From Macrostomum lignano (lineage: Eukaryota), in contig NIVC01000853.1 in the NCBI GenBank assembly GCA_002269645.1, forward strand, positions 1 to 64,000: a stretch of DNA of 64,000 nucleotides, in the 5' to 3' direction. Shown here piece after piece: positions 25,101 to 38,000 of the stretch. Under the pieces are notes generated by a model. That model searched no databases. It was not told the DNA's origin and worked only from the letters and a program-made list of their open reading frames with translations. A program made the translations under genes and the position numbers. How positions within the stretch are numbered: the stretch's first letter is position 1; each line of letters begins with the position of its first letter.

Positions 25101-28100
25101 AAATTTATCAGATCATTGAGCGGCGCCTCCGCAGAAATGATGATCTCAGCAGGAAGAGACACTTTCTCCTCTGCATCCTGGTCAATTGTTCCGGATCCGA
25201 TCTGGGGGAGTTAAAAGTCAAATATTTAAAACGCTAGACAGACTTTAAGCTAGGCATTCTTGAATAAGCCACAATTTTTAAAATGGAGCTCTCAACACGA
25301 AAGAAACCGAATATCCTTAAATCTTCCAATAAATAAACTGATGAAAACAAACTTACCTGCTTGAGTAGCTCGGTGTATCTCAAATACGTTGCAGAATCGG
25401 AACTGCTCAGCAATCGGATGTTTCTTGTAAGGCGATGCCGCCGGAAAAATTTCCACAGTGGGGATCTGCTGACACACGCCATGACGCTGTTGGCTCGAGT
25501 CCCATGCACCACAACGGGCAGCAGCTGGCGAAAGTCCCCAGCGCAAACGAAAACCACTCCGCCGAATGGCACGTCCTGCTTCCGCACGTCTCGCAAGCAC
25601 CGGTCGACGGCCTCCAAATCCTTCCGGTTTGTCATAGAAATCTCGTCCCAGACAATTAGACGCACTGTCCGAAATACAGCGGCCTGTTTGGACTGCGCTC
25701 CAACAGCGCACACGTCTTTGCTCGAACGGATCGCCCGAATTGGTATCTTGAACCTGGCATAGAAAATAGTTTCACCATGCCTAACATATTTACAGCACAC
25801 GAAATATTTACAACTGCTTTTTGAAATATTGACAATAAATTACTCACGTTGAATGCGCCGTCTGTCCACCTGGCAAAAGAGTCGCTGCGATTCCAGAAGC
25901 CGCAACGGCGAGGGCGACTTCACCCCGGCTGCGCACGAAGGCTAGCAGAACCTCTAGCAGGAAGGTCTTGCCAGTGCCAGCAGGTGCGTCCAGGAAGTGC
26001 AAGCCGCTGGTGCCGTCCACAAGATTCTGAGTCACGGACTCGTACACCGCTTTCTGCTCATCTGTCAGCATTGGTAAGCGCGCCTCAGTAATCAGTGCTT
26101 GCTCAACCGTATCAAACTGCATTGGTCCATCTTGAGGTGTCACGGAGGCCGCAGGCAGGCCGTACTCTGGCAGGCTTCTCCCGCCCATGGAGATCAGCAT
26201 GCTCTGAAGCTCACGCAGCGCCAGGTCAGTAATCTCCTCGGTGCTCAAGTCTCGGTGGTGGAACCGCAGGTCCTCGCTGAGATCCTCGGCAAAACTGCAC
26301 CAGAGGTCGCTGCCATCCTCAGGCTCACCCCATATGAGAATTACGGCCAGAAGATGTCTCAGGGCTCTTGGCATTCTTGACTGAACGGCCTCAGCTAGAC
26401 ACCGCCGCCAGTGATCATCTCGCTGCAGCAGGCCAAGGGCCATGCAAGCAGCCTTGGCGCTCGGATGCACAACGCCGTCCACGGTCTGCAGCGCCTCGAA
26501 GCTAGTCGGTCCCCTAACATTCAAAAGGAGCATTCGAACATAAAATAAATCACCTGCTCTTGGACTCACCGTGTACATGCGTGCAACGTTTTTGTTCCGC
26601 ACTACACCCGGATGGCCATCGACTCGCACACCCTGCTTGGCCCGCCGCCACTCTCTTTCGCTGGAGTGCCACACAAAGTAGGACGGCACCTCCGTGTAGA
26701 GCAAGGACCCAGCAAATTCGTCAATACGGCACAGCTTGAAAAATGCCGTCAACGTCGAATCCTTCGGCGTTCTCGCTTTTGCTCTTGCGGTCCCCTCGTT
26801 GAAATACACGAGCTGCTCTTCCGACTTGTGAACGCAGAGTCGGATGACCGCCGGAAACCTGTTGTGCACCTGATCAGAAAGTGGAAGGAAAATATACAGC
26901 CTTTAAGTTTCGATGGAAATTCAATTTATACTATGACGAGGTTTCACAGCTCTGGTTAAAATGAGCCAATAATAATTAGAATGCGAATTACTTCAAAGCC
27001 CAAGATGGTATTCACGGCTTCCATTGGACCAATGTAGCGCGCGGACAGGTACTCTTTATTCTCATCACGCGGCTTATTTCCTGTCGTTTGCGTCGGCTGC
27101 TGGTCACCCACTGCCTGCTCTCTCGGTTCAGTAGAATTCCTATTGGCATCGACTTTGAACGTCGCCATGTCGCCACCCTTTAACAGGTACTTGATCACGT
27201 ACTTGACCGACTTCACAGTGGCGCAAACTTCGACGTTCAAGTGGCACGCAAACTGGAGCAACAGGTCAGGGCTGTACGGAACGACCCACCTGTTTTAATG
27301 AAAAAATAATATCATTAACTTTCAGAAACAAAAGCTGCAATGCACAACTAAGCAATATATTAGCGTTTGAACTTCCCTGTTGTCCATGCGAATGCTCCGG
27401 CCTTTGAACAGTTTGTCCACTGTAAATCCGCCCATCTCAGGCGATAGTCTGCGGTACAGTGGGTAGCCAGTATCGCTGGTCAGCGTCACCTGCTGGAACT
27501 CTTTCGGAAAGCCCTTGCTGCATTCGCCATTCTCCATGCAAGGACACGCCGGATTTTCCTTGCCGCAGGGGCCATGGATCATGTGCGTCTTCACCAGCTC
27601 ATACAGCACAGGCTGCTGCTCTGGGTCCGGAATCTCGGCAGACACGATGTCATCGTATCGGTCCGGAGTCACTCGCTGACCGCTCATGAGCCACAGCAGA
27701 AAGTGCACATGGGGAAGACCTGGAGCGTCAAAAAAGTATTAAAAAATATCACAAAACCTTTGTAAATCTAAATTTTAATAAATCTTAAAACTTTGATTCT
27801 TGCAAGTCAGAATTTTTACTCACCACGCTTCTGGTACTCCAGTGAGCAAACGTGAGCGGCCTCTTTCCCATAGCGCTTGGTCAACTGGGCCAGAAGAGCT
27901 TTCCTCTTCATTTCAAAGACTCGGCTAACAATGTCCGGCCGGTCTTCTGCCCGCTGTCCAGGCAGCAGCTGAGCGCTGATCTCCGGCCATTTCGGATTGC
28001 ACGTTGCGGTGACAAACAGGTCCGGCTTACCGAACTTGTGAACATAGGTCATAGCGTCCTGTAGCCTCTCCATCAGGTACCTTGGCCCGCCAACGAAGCT

Positions 28101-31100
28101 CGAAGACAGAAGCACATGCGCGGGCTTGCCTATGTCACTCGGATCTCTGTCGGTAGACCTGCCATCAGCTGCAAACAGAGCGTCCCGCAGACCGCTGTAT
28201 GTCTCGCTGCGCAGGTCCTGCTGATGGGTCCGCAAATACAGCAGCCTCTCTGCCTCAATCTTGGCACACATGTCCACCAAGTACTGCTGAAATAATCTTC
28301 GGCCATAGTGCAGCACACTGAACTGGCCCGCTCGCACCATGATTTCGCTCGCATAGTATTTCATGGGCGTTAATTTCTTGCCATTACTCATCAGCAACTC
28401 CGGGTGCCAGCCATCTTCGCCATTCGGGAACAGCAGCACATACTCCAGCGGGTCATATGAGCGGTGCGTCTCGCTGATTCTCTGGGAACCGCCACCACGC
28501 AGTTGAATCACGACGTCCCGACTGGCCGGTGTGTTCTCATTGTCCTCCACAATCAGGATACCGACCTCGTTCGCCGTAGGCAAGTTGTAGCGCCTGATTT
28601 TGAACGGAGTTTGTGGGATACAGAGTCTGTACAAATTGGATAATTGGATAATTTATTACGCAAAATATCTTATTAGAATGTCTTGCAGACATACCGAATG
28701 TGTTCCCCAGATGGTCGACGGTCAGGGTGAATTACGATTCGCGCATCTCCCAACTCCGGATCTTGACTGATTCGATGAGCGACTGCCCTCAGGCTGCGGA
28801 CATAGCCGTTGCACTCGTGAAGCAGCGTCTGCAATAGCTCCAGTAGCTCCGGCTTCACCTTCTGGCTGAGACTCTGGCGGCTTTCAAGTTCGCGATCATT
28901 GAAATACACCTGCCAGCCATGGGGCTCAGCTGAATCCTCTGCAAACAGCGGCGCCGTGTTGTGATGCAACTGGCCGCTGATGATGAAGCTGGGACACCAG
29001 CCTGGCACCAACCGCAGTTTGGCACCCAGCGATGTCAGGTGCAGCGCCGAGTTGTAACTCCGAATGTTGGTCAGGAACTCGGCACTCATTCTGTGCCGCC
29101 CCAGGTACAGATCTGCCAGCACTTGAGGCACGGTGCGGCTGGGCAGCTTCACCTTGCCTTTGGCGCAGCAGAAATTCCTCGTCTCAGAGCACCAAAGTAA
29201 TGCACCGCATTGGTCGCATGCTCTGTCCATTGGGCCACAGTTATGGGCTGGCGCTTCAGGCCTGATAATCCGTTCTGGCCTGTGATTAGAAGGATTAGGA
29301 TTAGGAAGGATTAATGGCAAACAGTTTTCCCAGTTAATCTTTCAGCTTACAAAAAAATTTATTGGAATAAAACAACTTGAGTTCGATGACAAATAAATTA
29401 TGATGACCAGTCACACCAATGACCTACCTCTCTTGAGCAGGTCTTGCGCCAAAATGACATGCACTCTGCTGAGTTAATCTTGGCTCCTCTGCATCTACAA
29501 TGGGCTCAGAAACTGGAATCGGATTAGCAAATCGCAATGACTCATAATGCTCATGACGCAAAAGAATTCGGACGATTGCAATCGGTGGCTGCAAAGGGGA
29601 CATACAGTACTGCAGTACAGTGCCGTTTTCTTGATAAATCACCAGATCAACATTAAAACAACGGCTTAAAAGCGGAACAACTTCATCAGGCACATATGTG
29701 CCTTCAGAAAAAGAGGAATCAACAATGAAATCAGCATTTTCTGGCAAAACAAAGCCTTGTTCAATCAATTCTGGCATAATCTGCACTACACGGCTCGTCA
29801 GCTCGTGTCTTAAAGATGCCGCATCGGTCTCAAGTGGAGTGCCCTGCAACTGATCACAGACTGCATAAAAAAAACAGTTCCCATCACCAGGAATGCGAAT
29901 TATGCGCAACGCATCAAAAGGTACCACAGACGGTGTGGCCAACTCACTACTATCAAACCTGGAATATAGGAAAAAAATTATACACAACTTCATTTGCCGG
30001 TAATTAAAGTAGTGACGAATAAATTTTATGCTATTCTATACTGATCTCTTAAATAAAACTCTTGGAAAGCAATCGACTTGAAAAGATGAGAAAAAATGCA
30101 CGAAACAGATTCCAGTTTTTAATTATATGCCCAAGTACCAATAAAACATCAGCTAAGATAGAAAATACCCCGAATTAGGCACAAAGGGCACTTGGATTTT
30201 ATATAGCTATAAAATATATAGCTCCAATTAAAATGTCATCCTACCTGCCAGCCGACACTCCTCGACGGCGAATTTGCTCGGCTTCCACTCGAGCTCTTCG
30301 TTGCTCTTCGGTTTCTGAAGCGCGTCGCTTCTCCGCACGAGTTCTGTCTCCAGATCTACGCTCTTCTCGCTGAGCGTCTGTTTCCGTTGCCCTTCGCTCA
30401 GCATTTTCCTGCCGGAGTCTCGTCAGGCGCTCTTCTCGCTGAGCGTCGGTTTCAGTTGCCCTTCGCTCAGCCTCCTGCTGCCGGTGTCCAGCCAGCCGCT
30501 CTTCTCGCTGCGCGTCAGTCTCCATGGCCGTTCGCTCAGCCTTCTGCTGCCGCAGTCCAGCCAACCGCTCTTCTCGCTGCGCGTCAGTCTCCATGGCCGT
30601 TCGCTCATTCTTCTGCTGCCGCAGTCCAGCCAGCCGCTCCTCTCGCTCAACGGCACTCTCTTGCTGACGCTTCTTCTTGGCATCTCTGCTCTTCTTCAAT
30701 GCGCTGGTGCCACGTCGAGCCATATTGGAATTCAAATTGAAAGATAAGAATTTTGAGTTATAATGAAAAGAAAGGATAGTAGGGGTTGTGTGCGAGAAAA
30801 GAGAAAGGTATGAAGTCTATAATGTCACGCGTTTTAAACTCAGCAACCACCCAATCCCAAAAAGCTGGACACCATTTGTACACTGTTAGACTGTCAGTGT
30901 GTACAGCAAGCCTAAATTCTCTCCAATACCCGCCTGCTAATTGGTCAGGACTCTTTTTATTATTCAATACTCTCTCTCAAACACCTAACTCTAACTCTCC
31001 TATGTGAAAGGATTCAGATAAATTTTCTGAAGGAGGCGCAAGCCTCAGTAGCCAATGTACATCTATCTCTGTGGCACTTTTGGACTTTTTTATAATCAGA

Positions 31101-32004
31101 CGGTTTTATTACATTTTGGAGGGTCAGTCTCAAACATGGTTCGTATATTGTGAATCAATTAGATACTGTATATATGTGCATGTATTTCACTCTCTCACTC
31201 TCCCTCTCTCCAGCATTTAAAGTTAGTATGTCAATTGTGCACGGGAAGATTTTATAATGTACAATCTTTTCTCGCAGTGTACATTTATAGTTCTCTAGCC
31301 TGGCGACAAAAAATACTACTTTACTGGGCGCTGCAAAGTTTAATTCCAATCAGAATGGCTCACAGTAGGAAGTTCTGCTTGACCCTTGCAGAAAGGCATG
31401 TGTGTTATTCGAATATTCGCGCTTCTTCTATGCTTTACAGGAACTTTTCATGCTTAAAATGACACTTCTTTTACGATTTTTATGACACTTGTGGTTCTGA
31501 ATTAGTAAGCCTCGACGCTAGCATTTTTTAGGTTTTTCATGACGCTTCTTTTATGTTTAACAAAAATTACACTATAAGATGAGCACGAAGCAGTTATGAC
31601 ATAATCAATTTTTCAATCGGTCAGTATGGTTACGCAGTCTAAATCAAGTCTCGTAATATGCTTCTACACAGTGTTTTCAACACTGTGACGCAATTCAAGG
31701 CGGAGGTACAATTCAGCTGTTATGCAATCTTTATCACAATCAGAATTCAGTCAGTCAGTTTTTTCTCTAGCATTTTTACAATGCATTTCAGGTCGAAAGA
31801 GCTGCTTGACCTTTGCAAAAAAGCATGTTTTTCGAATATTTAATCCCTTTAAAATTGAGCAATTTCTTAGCCAAGATGCATGTACCGTCCCAGGAAAATT
31901 TCTGATCGAATGGTGCAAGTTTGAAGAAAATCGGTTGAGCCATTTTTTCTGAAATCTATCGCATACCTACCCACATACAGACAACTCATTTTTAGTATAT
32001 AGGA
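22103..32004 (-). mobile_element. Helitron copy 2 (9902 bp), nearly identical to copy 1
   Basis: Same 5' TC (32004) and 3' hairpin-CTAG (22103); joined to neighbours with no intervening base. Confidence 0.97.
24437..30723 (-). CDS. Helitron RepHel transposase, copy 2 (9 exons, about 1729 aa; frame intact if the GG donor of intron 5 is used)
   Basis: Exon lengths 479+531+585+770+343+298+1022+397+765 = 5190 nt, taken from copy 1 with exon 5 measured here (27377-27719, 343 nt, reading IHGPCGKENPACPC); the ORF translations match copy 1. Confidence 0.9.
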
Positions 32005-35000
32005 CTAGCAATCTTCGCCCCCCGTTGGGGGACATCTGTATAGAATCTCTGTTCTCTACAAGTAACAAAAAGACAGCCAAACAAAGCCTTCACAAAGACA
32101 ACAGACAAACTGCTCAAATAAAGTGTAATGCAAAAAGAAATCATCCCAAGACAGCAAGCATCCCCCAGATAGCAAGCATCCCCTAGATTGCAAGCATCCC
32201 CCAGATAGCAAGCATCCCCTAGATTGCAAGCATCCCCCAGATAGCAAGCATCCCCCAAATAGCAAGCATCCCCCAGATAGCAAGCATCCCCAAATAGTAA
32301 GCATCCACCAGACAATAAGTAGCTAGTGCAACAATTTCCTTAGCTCTATAGTGGCTCCTTTAAAATTGGCATGACGCTTACTTTTACGTTTGAAATTGTG
32401 TATCTTTTATGTTTGACATGGTGGCTCTTTTATGTTTGACATGGTGGCTCTTTTATGTTTGACCTGGTGGCACCTCAATGTAATGATGGCTCTTTAATGT
32501 TTGACCTGGTGGCACCTCAATGTAATGATGGCTCTTTAATGTTTGAAATGGTGGCTCTTTAATGTTCGACATTGTGGCTCTATAATCTTCGACATGGTGG
32601 CTCTTTAATGTTCGACATGGTGGCTCTTTAATGTTAGACATGGTGGCTCTTTAATGTTCGACATGGTGGTCCTTTTATGCTTGACATTGTGGCTCTTTAA
32701 TGTTTGACATGTTGGTCCTTTTATGTTTGACATGGTGGCTCTTTAATGTTTGGCATGGTGGCTCTTTGATGTTTGACATGGTGGCTCTTTAATGTTAGAC
32801 ATGGTGGCTCTTTAATTTTTAACGTTTGTTAAACGTTTTTGACGTTTGTAACGCAAGAATTTTTTGTATTTTTCGCGAATAAACTTGAAAAGTACAAAGT
32901 GAAACTTATGAACATGGCATTAAAAGTACAACCGATATGTCTCGTATACATAGCGTGTGCAATGGCTGCATGTGACCAGATGAGTTCCTTTAATACTCTA
33001 CGTTAGTCTATAGTCGCAGCCCTCGGATTCGCTCATTCCTGCCCTCAAATCCATAGTCAGAACAATCAGTTCGGCTCTATTTCCTTAGCCTTTGCGCTTT
33101 GCCACAGACTATTCATATTTGTTTCGCCAAAGATTAAGAAATGAAGTAAGACAAAAGCTTCATTCAGGGCCTTCGCCTTAGTTAAAATTGACATCTTGTG
33201 AGTTTCGTATATTATTCAACTTTCAATATATGGAAGACGAAGGCCCCGTCGCAAGTTGATGCAAATCGTTTTTTATGAGCTTACAGTCCACAGTTGTTAC
33301 AGGTGACTTGAGATATTTTTGATTTTTGAAAAAAGACTGTCACTCGTAGTTTGCGTAAAAATCCATATACTAAAATTCACTCTAATGTTAAGTTTTTGCG
33401 AACCTTGGAAAACTAAAAACAAAATTGTTTCGTCTTTTGCATAAATTTGCGATATAAAATAAGTAAAGTTTTTACACGAATTATAATGAAATTTCAGGTG
33501 AAAAATAAAAGACAAAATTAACTGCTCATCAAAGATTGAATTCATTAAAAGCAGTGCAAAAGAAGGTTTGTTTCAAAAGTTACTTTCGGCTAATATGAAA
33601 TTGCCTTAAAATACAAATTAACTGTAAAGTGCAAATTGACTGTAAAAATTAATACAATGAATAAAATAAGCCTAATTGAGCTTCAACATAAAGTTCATCA
33701 GCTATTAGCTCGTACTCACTGCCATTGCAATATCTACGCTTCGTTAGAAATGAGGCTGGGGCAATAAGTTTCCTGCGATTCTTTTAGGAATGAGAGCTAT
33801 TGACAGCTATTGCTTTAGAGAATGAGAGCTATTACTTAAGAGATATGGGGAAATAATTATTCTATTTTCCTTAAAAATAAATGAATATACTTTCTAGCCT
33901 TTTGCATAAGGAAAATTATTGCTCACCCCTCATTTTTTACGATAAATAAATTAGTCTTCAGTGAGAACTTCTGGAAACACAACATTTCTGGTCCTTGTTC
34001 CCGGAATCCGGACGCGAACATTTGCCGCGTTCTTTGCTCGTGACAGCGCCGTGTACAGCTGGCCATGCGTGAAGCAACCGACTGACAGGTCAATGCCAAC
34101 TGTGTCCAGAGACTGTCCCTGCGACTTGTGAATCGTCAGGCAGAAACTCGGCTTCACAGGGAACTGCAGCCGCTTAAAACTGACGGGGAGGTCCGCATTG
34201 CTAGGAATCAGCGGTATTCGCGGCAGAAGAATCTCGTCTTCCGTGAACTGGCCGGCGGCAATCTTGCATCTAAGCACGTTCTCGCCCATTGCGAGTATGA
34301 TCAGCCGCGTACCATTGCACAATCGTGGCGGGTTGATGTTTCTGAGAAGAACTACTGGCATACCCACTTTTAGCCTCAGCAAGTGAATCGGAAAGTTCGG
34401 GGCATCCAGCTGGTTGAGCAACTCAGGCGGGAAGTGCGTAGCGGCATCCTCATCGGCCACACTGTCTATTGAGCGGTACTCCCGCAGGCTGCCGGGGAAC
34501 ATGCCCAGGCACGTCTCGTTGATGGCATCCACTGAGTCATTGTACGGCGCCAGGATCGCTCGGCTTGCAAAGTAGCCGTCCCTCTCCACTGACGCCTCAA
34601 ACGATGGGTACACAAAATTTATCAGATCATTGAGCGGCGCCTCCGCAGAAATGATGATCTCAGCAGGAAGAGACACTTTCTCCTCTGCATCCTGCTCAAT
34701 TGTTCCGGATCCGATCTGGGGGAGTTAAAAGTCAAATATTTAAAACGCTAGACAGACTTTAAGCAAGGCATTCTTGAATGAGCCACAATTTTTTTAATGG
34801 AGCTCTCAACACGAAAGAAACCGAATATCCTTAAATCTTCCAATATTTAAACTGATGAAAACAAACTTACCTGCTTGAGTAGCTCGGTGTATCTCAAATA
34901 CGTTGCAGAATCGGAACTGCTCAGCAATCGGATGTTTCTTGTAAGGCGATGCCGCCGGAAAAATTTCCACAGTGGGGATCTGCTGACACACGCCATGACG

Positions 35001-38000
35001 CTGTTGGCTCGAGTCCCATGCACCACAACGGGCAGCAGCTGGCGAAAGTCCCCAGCGCAAACGAAAACCACTCCGCCGAATGGCACGTCCTGCTTCCGCA
35101 CGTCTCGCAAGCACCGGTCAACGGCCTCCAAATCCTTCCGGTTTGTCATAGAAATCTCGTCCCAGACAATTAGACGCACTGTCCGAAATACAGCGGCCTG
35201 TTTGGACTGCGCTCCAACAGCGCACACGTCTTTGCTCGAACGGATCGCCCGAATTGGTATCTTGAACCTGGCATAGACAAATAGTTTCACCATGCCGAAC
35301 ATATTTACAGCACACGAAATATTTACAACTGCTTTTTGAAATATTGACAATAAATTACTCACGTTGAATGCGCCGTCTGTCCACCTGGCAAAAGAGTCGC
35401 TGCGATTCCAGAAGCCGCAACGGCGAGGGCGACTTCACCCCGGCTGCGCACGAAGGCTAGCAGAACCTCTAGCAGGAAGGTCTTGCCAGTGCCAGCAGGT
35501 GCGTCCAGGAAGTGCAAGCCGCTGGTGCCGTCCACAAGATTCTGAGTCACGGACTCGTACACCGCTTTCTGCTCATCTGTCAGCATTGGTAAGCGCGCCT
35601 CAGTAATCAGTGCTTGCTCAACCGTATCAAACTGCATTGGTCCATCTTGAGGTGTCACGGAGGCCGCAGGCAGGCCGTACTCTGGCAGGCTTCTCCCGCC
35701 CATGGAGATCAGCATGCTCTGAAGCTCACGCAGCGCCAGGTCAGTAATCTCCTCGGTGCTCAAGTCTCGGTGGTGAAACCGCAGGTCCTCGCTGAGATCC
35801 TCGGCAAAACTGCACCAGAGGTCGCTGCCATCCTCAGGCTCACCCCATATGAGAATTACGGCCAGAAGATGTCTCAGGGCTCTTGGCATTCTTGACTGAA
35901 CGGCCTCAGCTAGACACCGCCGCCAGTGATCATCTCGCTGCAGCAGGCCAAGGGCCATGCAAGCAGCCTTGGCGCTCGGATGCACAACGCCGTCCACGGT
36001 CTGCAGCGCCTCGAAGCTAGTCGGTCCCCTAACATTCAAAAGGAGCATTCGAACATAAAATAAATCACCTGCTCTTGGACTCACCGTGTACATGCGTGCA
36101 ACGTTTTTGTTCCGCACTACACCCGGATGGCCATCGACTCGCACACCCTGCTTGGCCCGCCGCCACACTCTTTCGCTGGAGTGCCACACAAAGTAGGACG
36201 GCACCTCCGTGTAGAGCAAGGACCCAGCAAATTCGTCAGTACGGCACAGCTTGAAAAATGCCGTCAACGTCGAATCCTTCGGCGTTCTCGCTTTTGCTCT
36301 TGCGGTCCCCTCGTTGAAATACACGAGCTGCTCTTCCGACTTGTGAACGCAGAGTCGGATGACCGCCGGAAACCTGTTGTGCACCTGATCAGAAAGGGAA
36401 AGGAAAATATACAGCCTTTAAGTTTCGATGGAAATTCAATTTATACTATGACGAGGTTTCACAGCTCCGGTTAAAATGAGCCAATAATAATTAAAACGCG
36501 AATTACTTCAAAGCCCAAGATGGTATTCACGGCTTCCATTGGACCAATGTAGCGCGCGGACAGGTACTCCTTAATCTCATCACGCGGCTCATTTCGTGTC
36601 GTTTGCGTCGACCGCTGGTTACCCACTGCCTGCTCTCTCGGTTCAGTAGAATTCCTATTGGCATCGACTTTGAACGTCGCCATGTCGCCACCCTTTAACA
36701 GGTACTTGATCACGTACTTGACCGACTTCACAGTGGCGCAAACTTCGACGTTCAAGTGGCACGCAAACTGGAGCAACAGGTCAGGGCTGTACGGAACGAC
36801 CCACCTGTTTTAATGAAAAAATAATATCATTAACTTTCAGAAACAAAAGCTGCAATGCACAACTAAGCAATATATTAGCGTTTGAACTTCCCTGTTGTCC
36901 ATGCGAATGCTCCGGCCTTTGAACAGTTTGTCCACTGTAAATCCGCCCATCTCAGGCGATAGTCTGCGGTACAGTGGGTAGCCAGTATCGCTGGTCAGCG
37001 TCACCTGCTGGAACTCTTTCGGAAAGCCCTTGCTGCATTCGCCATTCTCCATGCAAGGACACGCCGGATTTTCCTTGCCGCAGGGGCCATGGATCATGTG
37101 CGTCTTCACCAGCTCATACAGCACAGGCTGCTGCTCTGGGTCCGGAATCTCGGCAGACACGATGTCATCGTATCGGTCCGGAGTCACTCGCTGACCGCTC
37201 ACGAGCCACAGCAGAAAGTGCACATGAGGAAGACCTGGAGCGTCAAAAAAGTATTAAAAAATATCACAAAACCTTTGTAAATCTAAATTTCAATAAATCT
37301 TAAAACTTTGATTCTTGCAAGTCAGAATTTTTACTCACCACGCTTCTGGTACTCCAGTGAGCAAACGTGAGCGGCCTCTTTCCCATAGCGCTTGGTCAAC
37401 TGGGCCAGCAGAGCTTTCTTCTTCATTTCAAAGACTCGGCTAACAATGTCGGGCCGGTCTTCTGCCCGCTGTCCAGGCAGAAGCTGAGCGCTGATCTCCG
37501 GCCATTTCGGATTGCACGTTGCGGTGACAAACAGGTCCGGCTTACCGAACTTGTGAACATAGGTCATAGCGTCCTGTAGCCTCTCCATCAGGTACCTTGG
37601 CCCGCCAACGAAGCTCGAAGACAGAAGCACATGCGCGGGCTTGCCTATGTCACTCGGATCTCTGTCGGTAGACCTGCCATCAGCTGCAAACAGAGCGTCC
37701 CGCAGACCGCTGTACGTCTCGCTGCGCAGGTCCTGCTGATGGGTCCGCAAATACAGCAGCCTCTCTGCCTCAATCTTGGCACACATGTCCACCAAGTACT
37801 GCTGAAATAATCTTCGGCCATAGTGCAGCACACTGAACTGGCCCGCTCGCACCATGATTTCGCTCGCATAGTATTTCATGGGCGTCAATTTCTTGCCATT
37901 ACTCATCAGCAACTCCGGGTGCCAGCCATCTTCGCCATTCGGGAACAGCAGCACATACTCCAGCGGGTCATATGAGCGGTGCGTCTCGCTGATTCTCTGG